From contig CAZOWX010000001.1 of NCBI GenBank assembly GCA_964583795.1, positions 30,569 through 94,568 of the forward strand: 64,000 bases of DNA. The letters are read 5' to 3'. The stretch is from an uncultured Pseudomonadales bacterium (GTDB taxonomy: Bacteria > Patescibacteriota > Microgenomatia > UBA1400 > PJMF01). The notes under the pieces were generated by a model, which worked only from the letters and a program-made list of their open reading frames with translations, had not been told where the DNA came from and made no database searches. A program made the position numbers and the translations under genes. Positions 47,647-57,173 of the stretch are shown piece by piece (the first letter of the stretch is position 1; each line of letters starts with the position of its first letter).

Positions 47647-48903
47647 TTAAAAATTTCGATGGCTCTGCAATATTCGTTGGTACACCTGTTTCACTTTTTC
47701 TGCGGACTGTTTCCAGGTAATTTGACCCAAGCTTTGTAACTGTTGATCCACAATGCGTTCATAGTAGTTCGGGTCTTGAAGCAGTTTTTCAATATATTGT
47801 GTCATCAAATCAGTATCCCAAAAATCAGCAACAATTGCACCAGGGAGGACTTCCCGTACACCAGAGCTTTTCGAGATGATCACAGGAGTTTCGCGTTGCA
47901 CTGCCTCGAGAGCGACTAGACCAAATGGTTCTGACACTGATGGCATCACAAAAATATCAGCACGATCAAGCAAAAAATCTTTTTGTTGGTCACGCAAAAA
48001 GCCGGCAAAGATAACTGACGAGGATAAATGTTGTTTGGCATTTTCCAGCAAAAGCATGCTGTACTGATCACCATGCCCAGCAACGACAAAGAGAGCATTG
48101 GGTATTCTAGCGAGCACTTTTTTTGCTAGTTCGAGAAAATACTGCGCTCCCTTTTGCATTGTCAGGCGCCCCATAAACACGATGATCGGTCTACCTTGAG
48201 CAAACTGTACGGTTTGAATCTTAGGGGCTGCATCGATTCCATTGTGAACCACGTCAATTTTATCGGGATCAACGTCGTAGCGATCAACCAAGACTTGTTT
48301 AGTAAACTCACTTACCGCTATTACTCGATCAGCGTCTTGTAATCCTTCGTACTCAACATGTGCGATAAATGGATTTCCATTACCAGACGGCACACGATCA
48401 AACTCTGTCGAATGCACATGAGCGACAAAAGGTAGATTTAATTGCTTTTTTAGATGCTTGGCGGCTGGATACGTCATCCAGTCGTGAGCATGAATAATGT
48501 CGGTCTGAACGTGATTTGATTGTACGGCACTTAAAATTGCATGAGCATACTCATTGACTCGATACTCAAGTTCTGAAAAACTGAGCATCTTCACATTTTT
48601 GGGATCAAAATCAATGTCACTTGCTCGACTCTCATTTCTTGTCTGGTAGGCAGAAAATGGTGGTTTTGAATGGTCAATTGCGTATGTCTGAATTTTACTA
48701 ACACAAGAAATCACATGCATGTGATTAATGTCAGAGGGAAATCGATAGGGTAGTGTAAAGTAAATCTCGGTACCGTCTTTTGAAAGAGCTTGTGTCAAGC
48801 CTTCACACGCCACACCCAACCCACCACTATTGTGCGGTGGATATTCCCATCCAAGCATAAGCACCTGATCATTCACCATATCAATACCAATAGATACATT
48901 CAC
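47647..48903 (-). CDS. Glycogen/α-glucan synthase-like GT-B glycosyltransferase (GT4/GT5)
   Basis: LMLGWEYPPHNSGGLGVACEGLTQAL is a GlgA-type nucleotide-sugar binding N-terminus. The C-terminal motif is FVMPSVSEPFGLVALEA. Confidence 0.6.
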   Translation of the reverse strand: MNVSIGIDMVNDQVLMLGWEYPPHNSGGLGVACEGLTQALSKDGTEIYFTLPYRFPSDINHMHVISCVSKIQTYAIDHSKPPFSAYQTRNESRASDIDFDPKNVKMLSFSELEYRVNEYAHAILSAVQSNHVQTDIIHAHDWMTYPAAKHLKKQLNLPFVAHVHSTEFDRVPSGNGNPFIAHVEYEGLQDADRVIAVSEFTKQVLVDRYDVDPDKIDVVHNGIDAAPKIQTVQFAQGRPIIVFMGRLTMQKGAQYFLELAKKVLARIPNALFVVAGHGDQYSMLLLENAKQHLSSSVIFAGFLRDQQKDFLLDRADIFVMPSVSEPFGLVALEAVQRETPVIISKSSGVREVLPGAIVADFWDTDLMTQYIEKLLQDPNYYERIVDQQLQSLGQITWKQSAEKVKQVYQRILQSHRNF

Positions 48904-49047
48904 AGCGACAAAACTATCTGCCGTTATTTAGTATAAACTCGATTTTCAATCTACTACAATAGGAAGAACCGGATTTGTCTTTGATGAAATGAGTTTTCTA
49001 CAATAGAATGAAGGTATTATTTTTATCACAGCTTTCTTGACAGAGGT

Positions 49048-49470
49048 ATGAAAAAATTTTTTAGAAAAATTTCCACCCATACTTCATTACTTGTCGGAGG
49101 CCCATATTCGTTTAGTTTAGCAGTACTCATTATTGTTGTCTGGTGGTTCACTGGACCCGTCTTTGATTTTTCAGATACTTGGCAACTAATGATTAATACT
49201 GGCACTACAATTGTCACCTTTCTGATGGTGTTTTTAATCCAAAATACACAAAATCGCGATACCAAAGCCATTCAAATTAAGCTCGATGAGTTACTCAGAG
49301 CAGTAAAAGGAGCCAGAAACACATTGGTCGATATTGAAGATGTCGATGACGCTCAACTTGATGAATTGCAGATGGAATTTAAAGCTCTGAGAGAACATTA
49401 TGAGCTGCGTTTGAAAAAAATAGAAGAGATGAGACTGGCTCAAAATTTGAAGAAGCATAATATTGGGTAA
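49048..49470 (+). CDS. Small membrane protein resembling the low-affinity iron permease (Fet4-like, PF04120) family
   Basis: Two TM helices plus a coiled C-terminus. FLMVFLIQNTQNRDTKAIQIKLDELLRA matches the family as recollected. Confidence 0.45.
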   Translation: MKKFFRKISTHTSLLVGGPYSFSLAVLIIVVWWFTGPVFDFSDTWQLMINTGTTIVTFLMVFLIQNTQNRDTKAIQIKLDELLRAVKGARNTLVDIEDVDDAQLDELQMEFKALREHYELRLKKIEEMRLAQNLKKHNIG

Positions 49471-49549
49471 TTTTTGTGTTCATTTATTTTTCGAAGAACT
49501 TGATACAATAGAGCCTTTAAATCAAGTTAACTTGATCAGAGCCACAACT

Positions 49550-50767
49550 ATGAAAATTTTAATGCTTACTCCGTATCTGCCATATCCTTTGCTTTCTGGA
49601 GGACAAATCAGAACATACAACTTGCTCAAAAAGCTTGCTCTTCAGCATCAAGTAACGCTGTTCGCACTGATTAAGGAAGAAAGTGAACGGCAATTTATAC
49701 CTGAACTGGAAAAGTACTGCCAAAAAGTACGTGTATTCAAGCGTTCCAACAAACCATTTACTCTTCGAAACATCTTCAAAACCGGCTTTTCTCCCTACCC
49801 ATTTTTAGTTATTCGAAACTTAACTGATGAAACCAAGCAAGCGGTAGTACAAGAGCTAAAAGAAGAAACGTATGACCTCATTCATGCTGAAACGTTTTAC
49901 ATGATGCCCAATATCCCACGTACTCAGATTCCGATTTTATTAGTCGAACAGACAATCGAGTATCTTGGATACGAAAGCTTTGCCGGCACAACGCGATTTT
50001 TCTTTCTTCGACCACTCTTAAAAATTGACATTGCTAAAATCAGGCGATGGGAAGAGCACTATTGGCATAGCTGTACCAAGTTAATAACGATGAGTGATGA
50101 AGACCGGGAGTTTATTAATCAAACTTTACATGATCCAAACAAGATTGAAGTCGTTTCAAATGGAGTTGATACTCAGTGGTTTGCTCAAAAGAAAAAAAAG
50201 TTGCCGAAAGATCCAACAATTTTATCTGTAGGCACCTTTAACTGGCTACCCAATGTCGAAGCAGTCAAGTTTTTAGTCAATAATATTTGGCCAATCGTCA
50301 AAACCGCTTTACCTTCAGCGAAGTTATGGATCGTAGGCAACGCACCAACACGAGAAGTGTTCGCCTTTCAACAAAAAGATTCTTCCATTACAGTCACCGG
50401 AGGCATTCCTGATATCCGCGACGCGTTTTCAGGTGCGCATGTTTTACTTGCACCGGTGTTTAGCGGAAAGGGGACACGGTACAAAATTCTTGAGGCAATG
50501 GCTTCGCGCACACCGATCGTGGCAACACCAACGGCAGTTGAAGGACTCAGAGTAGAAAACGGAAAACACGTCTTAGTTGGTAAAAATGCAAAGGAGCTGG
50601 CAAGCTTAACATTGCGATTACTCAGTGACGAGAAGCTCCAACAAACGTTGGCTTCAAATGGGAAACAGTTTGTCGACCAAAATTTTGATTGGCTACAAAT
50701 TTCCCAAAAGCTCGATAAAATTTACCGGGCATTAGGAAAAGAGGTCCATGAGAAAACGACACGTTGA
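49550..50767 (+). CDS. Glycosyltransferase family 4
   Basis: Start at ATG 49550 (MKILMLTPYLPYPLLSGGQIRTYNLL). GKGTRYKILEAMASRTPIVATPTAVEGL is the GT4 motif. Confidence 0.8.
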   Translation: MKILMLTPYLPYPLLSGGQIRTYNLLKKLALQHQVTLFALIKEESERQFIPELEKYCQKVRVFKRSNKPFTLRNIFKTGFSPYPFLVIRNLTDETKQAVVQELKEETYDLIHAETFYMMPNIPRTQIPILLVEQTIEYLGYESFAGTTRFFFLRPLLKIDIAKIRRWEEHYWHSCTKLITMSDEDREFINQTLHDPNKIEVVSNGVDTQWFAQKKKKLPKDPTILSVGTFNWLPNVEAVKFLVNNIWPIVKTALPSAKLWIVGNAPTREVFAFQQKDSSITVTGGIPDIRDAFSGAHVLLAPVFSGKGTRYKILEAMASRTPIVATPTAVEGLRVENGKHVLVGKNAKELASLTLRLLSDEKLQQTLASNGKQFVDQNFDWLQISQKLDKIYRALGKEVHEKTTR

Positions 50768-51680
50768 TCTATCAATCATTATTCTCAACTACAACACAGC
50801 CAGCTGGCTCGAGAATGCACTACGTTCTATAAAACGCTATCCACTTACTCGTCACTCTTTTGAGGTAATCGTGGTTGACAATCATAGCTCAGACCACTCT
50901 GTAGCCATGGTTCAGGCAACATTCCCTTCAGTAACACTGATTGAAGCACCAGAAAATGGTGGCTTTGCCAGGGGTAATAACATTGGAATAAAGGTAGCCA
51001 ATGGGAAGTACATCATGTTGCTTAACTCCGATGCTGAGTTTAACTCAGACACAAATCTCGATGCGTGTCTTGAGTATTTTGAACAACATGAACAGGTCGG
51101 GGTCATGACTCCACAAATAGTTTTGGCTGATGGAGGAGTTGACCTTGCTTGCCATCGTGGGGAACCAACTCCTTGGGCGGCAATTACATACTTTTTGGGC
51201 TTTGAGAAAAGGTTCCCTGAATCTCGATTGTTTGGGCAATATCATCAGACATGGAAAGATTTCAAGGTGTTACATACGATTGATGCTTGCAGTGGAGCAG
51301 CAATGCTTGTTCGAGCTCAAGCATTACAAAAAGTAGGGGACTTAGATGAACAATTTTTTATGTATGCGGAAGACCTGGATTGGTGTCGACGTTTTCGAGA
51401 ACACAAGTACCAAATTATTTATTTTCCACAATCTCGAGTTGTTCACCATAAATATAAATCCGGTTTAGCAAAACGAAAAGACATACTTGAACCTAACAAT
51501 TTTTTACAGATACCTGGTTTTTCTCACAAAAAAGATCTCGCTTCAAGTACTCGCCATCATTTTTTTCAGACAATGAAACAGTACTATAGTAAGCATTACC
51601 AAAAAAGTTCACCAATTCAAACACTCATTATTCATCGAATTATTGACCTGCTACACTGGTGGAAACAAACGAGAAGTTAA
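50748..51680 (+). CDS. Glycosyltransferase family 2 (rhamnosyltransferase-like)
   Basis: LSIIILNYNTASWL…VIVVDNHSSDHS…LLNSDAEF…MYAEDLDWCRR. Confidence 0.8.
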   Translation: MRKRHVDLSIIILNYNTASWLENALRSIKRYPLTRHSFEVIVVDNHSSDHSVAMVQATFPSVTLIEAPENGGFARGNNIGIKVANGKYIMLLNSDAEFNSDTNLDACLEYFEQHEQVGVMTPQIVLADGGVDLACHRGEPTPWAAITYFLGFEKRFPESRLFGQYHQTWKDFKVLHTIDACSGAAMLVRAQALQKVGDLDEQFFMYAEDLDWCRRFREHKYQIIYFPQSRVVHHKYKSGLAKRKDILEPNNFLQIPGFSHKKDLASSTRHHFFQTMKQYYSKHYQKSSPIQTLIIHRIIDLLHWWKQTRS

Positions 51681-51801
51681 ATTAGTATATTCCTCACTTT
51701 CAGCTGCTATTTGCGTTTCTCCATAAGTTCGGCTAAGATACCCACAGTATTTATTTGACTTGTCGTGCAAAAGACATCGTACAAAAAAATGAAAGGCAGC
51801 T

Positions 51802-52248
51802 ATGGCACATGTTCATTATTTAAAGTTCAAGATTAATCAACTCTTGCAAGAAAAAATGATTCTCATCTTGGAAACTATTGCAATTTTCATTCTCGCTTTA
51901 TTTGTGTCGATCTTTTTACCACAACTTTTATTCCAATTTCTTTACTCAAAACAACAACTCACTGCTGAGCCAGCTTTGCTTCAGTATATTCCTGTCATTA
52001 GTTTTTCAGTAGCAATTCTTTACTTCCTTTATGCAACAATTAGTGTTGTCCTGAAGAAATTAAAAGTCGTTCAACTACAAAAAGAACTCACAATGCTTAT
52101 TTCTGACGGGGCTGTGGACTGCATGTGCGAACACAATGATGAAGATTTAGACTCAAATGATGAAATAGTCAAACCAGTTATGAGTAAGAGTAGTACTGCT
52201 TCAAAGAAAAAGGCGGTTGTTAAAAAGAAAACTGGTAAGAAAGCATAA
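51802..52248 (+). CDS. Hypothetical membrane protein with a lysine-rich C-terminal tail
   Basis: Two or three TM helices. The C-terminal SKSSTASKKKAVVKKKTGKKA is K-rich. A GAAAGG RBS is present. Confidence 0.4.
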   Translation: MAHVHYLKFKINQLLQEKMILILETIAIFILALFVSIFLPQLLFQFLYSKQQLTAEPALLQYIPVISFSVAILYFLYATISVVLKKLKVVQLQKELTMLISDGAVDCMCEHNDEDLDSNDEIVKPVMSKSSTASKKKAVVKKKTGKKA

Positions 52249-52269
52249 AAATTGTCTCAATGTCATTTC

Positions 52270-52297
52270 AACGCCCCGCTAAGCCGGGGCGTTTTTT
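52270..52297 (+). terminator. Rho-independent terminator (AACGCCCCG / CGGGGCGTT stem, loop CTAAGC, T6)
   Basis: A GC-rich 9-bp stem followed by a T-run. It lies between the hypothetical gene and the next GT4. Confidence 0.75.
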
Positions 52298-52311
52298 GTT
52301 ATACTACTTTC

Positions 52312-53460
52312 ATGAACTCTTTACTTCTCCCTACCATTGGCATTGATTGTCGGCTACTAGGCCCTACCCACGCAGGAATCGGTCGATACATCGAAAATTT
52401 ACTACTTCAAATTCCAAGTCTCCCAACTCACCACAACTTTCGCTGGACATTTATTTTTCATGATCAGTCGCAGTATGACGCTTTTCTTGGCATCACTGAT
52501 CAATCAGCATTTTTTGCATCATCTCGGATACTGTTCGCCCCGGTTCGCCACTACACACTCAATGAACAGATTACAATGTTGTCTCTACTCAAAAAAGAAA
52601 AACTTGATCTACTGCATGTCCCTCATTTTAATGTGCCGATTTTGTATCAAGGCAAGTTAGTCGTCACCATCCATGATTTACTTTGGCATGAATACCGAGG
52701 CACCCGTGTTACGACGCTCCCTGCATGGAAATACTGGATTAAGCACCTTCTCTACAAAGCAACAGTTGCGCAAGCAGTCTCTAAAGCATCTTCGATACTC
52801 GTACCAGCGTGTACAACAAAAGAAACGATATGTCGCTACTTTCCGAAACAAAAAAATAAAATTGTTGTCACCAAGGAAGGTATTTCAGCACTTTTCCTTC
52901 AACCATCTTTCCAGACAGCACACCGAAAAAAAAGGCTGGTCTATGTCGGTTCACTGTATCCACACAAAAATCTAAAAGTAATACTGCAAGCCTTAACATC
53001 GCTTCCTGAGTTTTCTTTAGTCATTGTGGGTGCCCGAAATGTTTTTCAGGAACGTTTGAAAAAGCAAGTCACAAAACTTGGGATAGAGCAACAAGTCCAG
53101 TTTCATGGGTATCTCTCTGACCTCGATTTGGTCAAGCTTTTTTCTGAAAGTTTTGCTTTGGTTCAGCCTTCACTCTTTGAGGGGTTTGGTCTCACAGGTG
53201 TTGAAGCCATGGCTTCTGGACTGCCAGTGATTGCATCTGATATTCCCATCTTTAAGGAAATTTATGGGAATCGTGCAACCTTCTTTGACCCCCATTCATT
53301 CTCGACGTTTGTGAAAGCCGTACGGCATGTACAATCAAACCCTTTCACTCGTGAACAACTGATGAGTATTGCTCAAACGGTCAAAGCGGAATTTTCTTGG
53401 CACCAGATGGCACAAAAGACCATTGAAACCTACCAACTTGCATTATCAAACACCCAATGA
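52312..53460 (+). CDS. Glycosyltransferase family 4
   Basis: The start was placed at ATG 52312, downstream of the terminator (MNSLLLPTIGIDCRLLGPTHAGIGRY). VQPSLFEGFGLTGVEAMASGLPVIASDIPIFKEI is the GT4 motif. Confidence 0.8.
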   Translation: MNSLLLPTIGIDCRLLGPTHAGIGRYIENLLLQIPSLPTHHNFRWTFIFHDQSQYDAFLGITDQSAFFASSRILFAPVRHYTLNEQITMLSLLKKEKLDLLHVPHFNVPILYQGKLVVTIHDLLWHEYRGTRVTTLPAWKYWIKHLLYKATVAQAVSKASSILVPACTTKETICRYFPKQKNKIVVTKEGISALFLQPSFQTAHRKKRLVYVGSLYPHKNLKVILQALTSLPEFSLVIVGARNVFQERLKKQVTKLGIEQQVQFHGYLSDLDLVKLFSESFALVQPSLFEGFGLTGVEAMASGLPVIASDIPIFKEIYGNRATFFDPHSFSTFVKAVRHVQSNPFTREQLMSIAQTVKAEFSWHQMAQKTIETYQLALSNTQ

Positions 53461-54095
53461 AGCACCTTTTCATTTTTGTTTTTTGTTTTCTTTTTTTGAT
53501 TTGGTTATCTTTCACAAATACGTTGCTCATCTCTCATCGTTGGGTGTTTTCACTCGCATACCCGACATTGATGTATCCAGAAAAAATCTCGTTTGAGCAA
53601 TCACAGAAAGCATCAAATATCGTTCGTCTTGTGCATTCTGCTGAACAATTTTCGTATCTGTCAGTAGAGGAAAATCGGCACATGAATGACGTCCAACTTT
53701 TATTTCAAACGACATCGCATCTTTGGGTACTTATTTTAGTTGGTCTACTATGCTTTTATTTTTTGCTTACACATTTTTTCGTTAACGTATCCAGTCAAAT
53801 GATACTAAAGTTACTGATGAACACAACCGTGCTCTTCATTGGATTTATAGGAGTATCAACACTTTTTTTTTGGAATTCTTCATTCATTCTCTTTCACCGG
53901 CTGTTGTTTGATCCAGGCACTTGGAGCTTCCCAACAGATTCAACCTTGATTCAGCTGTTCCCCGAAACTTTTTGGCAACACATGTTTACTGTATTGCTGA
54001 TAATGCCAGTAATTGAAGTCTTGACTCTCAAGCAATGTGCAAAGTATCTGCGACGTACCCACAACTTCAGCAGCAATGGTACAATACCACAGTGA
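53457..54095 (+). CDS. Integral membrane protein, unknown function
   Basis: ATGA overlap with upstream GT4. Four or five TM helices. Contains a T9 homopolymer. Confidence 0.4.
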   Translation: MKHLFIFVFCFLFLIWLSFTNTLLISHRWVFSLAYPTLMYPEKISFEQSQKASNIVRLVHSAEQFSYLSVEENRHMNDVQLLFQTTSHLWVLILVGLLCFYFLLTHFFVNVSSQMILKLLMNTTVLFIGFIGVSTLFFWNSSFILFHRLLFDPGTWSFPTDSTLIQLFPETFWQHMFTVLLIMPVIEVLTLKQCAKYLRRTHNFSSNGTIPQ

Positions 54096-55258
54096 AACCC
54101 AACTTATTTCCTACAAAAATCGCACTGGTTTATGACTGGGTCAACACACCATACGGCGGAGCAGAACGAGTCCTCGTCGCTCTTCATAAAATATTTCCCC
54201 AGGCTCCACTGTACACAGCTGTGTATGATCCGAAGGTTGCAACTTGGGCAAAAGATTTTACGATTAAAACATCTTTTCTACAAAACATTTTGTTTTCCCA
54301 ACAACGCCACCGAGAATTACTACCACTGCTGCCACTTGCTTTTGAATCACTTGATTTAACTGCATTTGACTTGGTGATAAGTATCACCAGTGCTCAAGCC
54401 AAAGCTATAAAAGTTCATCCTAATGCTTTACATATCTGCTATCTGTTGACTCCTACGCGATACCTGTGGAGTCACACACACAAGTACCAACAAGGAAGAT
54501 TACAACCAATTAAAGCATTGATCTTTTCATGGTTACGGCAATGGGATTATCAAGTCGCACAAAAACCACAAGTTATCATTCCTATTTCACAGTTGGTAAA
54601 ACAGCGCACCCAAAAGTATTACAGAAGGTCGACACATCCAGTTATTTACCCACCATTTCAGTTTAACTACCAGACGAAAATTCTCCAAACCGTCGACAGA
54701 AAAGCGGAATATTATCTCGTTGTTTCACGACTTGTTCCATATAAAAAAGTTGATTTATGTATTCGTACTTGTGTGAACTTAGGAAAAAACTTGATTATTG
54801 TTGGTGATGGTCCTGAGAGTAAAAAAATTCAGTCGCTGATTCAAAAGCTCGACCCACAGCAAAAACTTATTACTTGGTATTCGCAGCTAACCGACACTGA
54901 ACTTCAACATGTATATGCTGCTGCAAAAGCCCTTTTACTTCCAGCAGAAGAGGATTTTGGAATTACAGCACTCGAGGCTCAAGCCTTCGGCAAACCCGTG
55001 ATTGTTTACCAGCATAGTGGCGCAGCTGAGGTAGTAAAAAATGGAATTGCTGGGATTCACTTTTCCGACCAAACTCTCGAGTCACTCTCGGGAGCAATTC
55101 TTGAATCACAGCAGCATCATTTTGATTCTGCTGTTATAAAATCGCACGCTCTTTTGTATAATGAGCGAACATTCATGAGCCAGTTTGAAACAGCGGTTCG
55201 TGCCGCGTGGGAAAAACACCAGATTGATATACAGAAAGGACCTCATGTCAAATGTTGA
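54092..55258 (+). CDS. Glycosyltransferase family 4
   Basis: KIALVYDWVNTPYGGAERV is a GT4 N-terminus. The C-terminal motif is LLPAEEDFGITALEAQAFGKPVIVYQHSGAAEV. The start is either GTG 54092 (GTGA overlap) or the upstream ATG 54035. Confidence 0.7.
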   Translation: MKPNLFPTKIALVYDWVNTPYGGAERVLVALHKIFPQAPLYTAVYDPKVATWAKDFTIKTSFLQNILFSQQRHRELLPLLPLAFESLDLTAFDLVISITSAQAKAIKVHPNALHICYLLTPTRYLWSHTHKYQQGRLQPIKALIFSWLRQWDYQVAQKPQVIIPISQLVKQRTQKYYRRSTHPVIYPPFQFNYQTKILQTVDRKAEYYLVVSRLVPYKKVDLCIRTCVNLGKNLIIVGDGPESKKIQSLIQKLDPQQKLITWYSQLTDTELQHVYAAAKALLLPAEEDFGITALEAQAFGKPVIVYQHSGAAEVVKNGIAGIHFSDQTLESLSGAILESQQHHFDSAVIKSHALLYNERTFMSQFETAVRAAWEKHQIDIQKGPHVKC

Positions 55259-56354
55259 ACACACTTTTGCACTCATCTTAGCCGGTGGCGGGGGAACACG
55301 GCTTTGGCCAAAATCACGAAAAAAAACCCCGAAGCAGTTTTTGAAACTTAACGGTGAGACTACTATGTTGCAAGTCACAGCGAGTCGTTTCGCAAAACTT
55401 GTTCCTTGGGAAAAAATTATTGTCGTGACAACAAAAGCATATGTTCAAGACGTTCTAGAGCAACTTCCAGAGATTCCCCCACAAAATATTCTCGCTGAGC
55501 CAGAGAAAAAAGATACTGCACTGGCAATGCTTACAGGTGCACTGTTTGCGAAAGCACAAGATGAAGAAGCAGTCGTGGTAAATGACGCGGCTGATCATGT
55601 TGTTGAAAATGAGCAGGAATTTCTTCGATTGATGAGAGCCGCAATCACTGTGGCAAAAGAAAAGAAATACTTGGTTTCTGTCGGAATTACTCCGACTCAC
55701 CCTTCCAGCGCATTTGGTTACATTAAAGTGGGAGAAGAAATAAAAAAAGTAGACTCCAATGTTCCAGTGTTTGCAGTAGACAGTTTTACTGAAAAACCCA
55801 ACATCGCGACCGCACGTGCATTTATTTCTACGGGGAAGTATTTTTGGAACGCCAATAACTATGTTTGGGCTGCATCAACTCTTCAAGAAGCTTTTAAAAA
55901 ACATGCCCCAGAAACATATCAAGCAACTAAACAACTTGAGAATCTCACCGCACAACAATTTTCAAAGCAGCTTAATTTAATTTATCAGAACGCTCCAAGT
56001 ATCTCGATTGATTATGCAATCTCGGAGAAAGTTGACAACTTAGTGTTAATCCCTGGTGATTTTGGTTGGGATGATATCGGTGAATGGAAAGTAGTGTACG
56101 ATCTTGGAAAAAAAGATTTGGCCGGAAATGTTATTATCGAAAATGGTGGTCAAAAACATATTAAAACTTTATCAATTGAATCCCAAAATAATTTGATCCA
56201 TGTTGATGATCGATTGGTCGCTTTAATCGGTATAAACGATATGATAGTAGTTGATACTCCGGAAATTTTGATGATCGCTCCAAAATCGAAAAGTCAGGAC
56301 GTCAAAAAAATAGTTGAGCGACTCAAAGAAGAAAAACTAGAGGAATACCTCTAA
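55245..56354 (+). CDS. manC: Mannose-1-phosphate guanylyltransferase (GDP-mannose pyrophosphorylase), no PMI domain
   Basis: FALILAGGGGTRLWPKSRKKTPKQFL is the NTP-transferase signature of ManC/GMPP. Length is 370 aa. Confidence 0.8.
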   Translation: MSNVEHTFALILAGGGGTRLWPKSRKKTPKQFLKLNGETTMLQVTASRFAKLVPWEKIIVVTTKAYVQDVLEQLPEIPPQNILAEPEKKDTALAMLTGALFAKAQDEEAVVVNDAADHVVENEQEFLRLMRAAITVAKEKKYLVSVGITPTHPSSAFGYIKVGEEIKKVDSNVPVFAVDSFTEKPNIATARAFISTGKYFWNANNYVWAASTLQEAFKKHAPETYQATKQLENLTAQQFSKQLNLIYQNAPSISIDYAISEKVDNLVLIPGDFGWDDIGEWKVVYDLGKKDLAGNVIIENGGQKHIKTLSIESQNNLIHVDDRLVALIGINDMIVVDTPEILMIAPKSKSQDVKKIVERLKEEKLEEYL

Positions 56355-56424
56355 CGCCATAGCCAACAAACATGAAGAACATCTTTAAAAAAGTACTTTC
56401 TACTTACTACTAACTACTTGTTCT

Positions 56425-57048
56425 ATGGGTTACGAAACTCAAAAACGGATACTCGATATTATCATTGCGTCATTGTTGTTCGTCATATTCTTTCCAGTTT
56501 GGCTCATCGTTCCCGTTCTCATCTGGTTTGATTCCGGTTTTCCAATTTTCTTTGTCCATAATCGTGTTGGGAAACATGGTGAGATGTTTAACTTGCTCAA
56601 GTTTCGTTCGATGATCAAAGATGCCGACGAATATCTTCACAGTGGGAAAGATCAAAAATTGTTGAACGAATTTAAAAACGGTGATTGGAAGCTTAAAAAT
56701 GATCCTCGTATTACAAAATTAGGCAAAGTGCTTCGTTCGCTGACCATCGATGAATTTCCTCAGTTGCTCAACGTACTCAAAGGAGAAATGAGTATGGTTG
56801 GTCCTCGTGCGTATGTCCAAAAGGAGCTTCTGGAACAAACCCGAAAGTATCCTGAGACTAAAGCACTTGTGAAAAAAATTCTCTCAGTCAAACCCGGCAT
56901 TACTGGACCTTGGCAAACTAGTGGCAGAAATGAAGTGCCCTTTAGTGTCAGAGCCAAAATGGATGCCCAGTATGCTCAACAAAAAAGTGTGTTGAACGAT
57001 TTACAAATTCTACTCAGGACACCCAAAGCAATGTTGTCAAAATGGTAG
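56425..57048 (+). CDS. Polyprenyl-phosphate sugar phosphotransferase (bacterial sugar transferase, WbaP/WcaJ C-terminal-domain type; initiating enzyme)
   Basis: RILDIIIASLLFVIFFPVWLIVPVLIWF…KFRSM…DEFPQLLNVLKGEMSMVGPR is the Bac_transf signature. Confidence 0.85.
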   Translation: MGYETQKRILDIIIASLLFVIFFPVWLIVPVLIWFDSGFPIFFVHNRVGKHGEMFNLLKFRSMIKDADEYLHSGKDQKLLNEFKNGDWKLKNDPRITKLGKVLRSLTIDEFPQLLNVLKGEMSMVGPRAYVQKELLEQTRKYPETKALVKKILSVKPGITGPWQTSGRNEVPFSVRAKMDAQYAQQKSVLNDLQILLRTPKAMLSKW

Positions 57049-57173
57049 CGTAAACTTGACAGCAATGGAGTATCTTTGAGATAGTGGTATCTTGCAATAT
57101 TTAGTAGTCTTGTAGAAAAAGAACCCAATATAAATTCCGCTACAGTCCTGGTTATAAAATATCTTTGACATTT

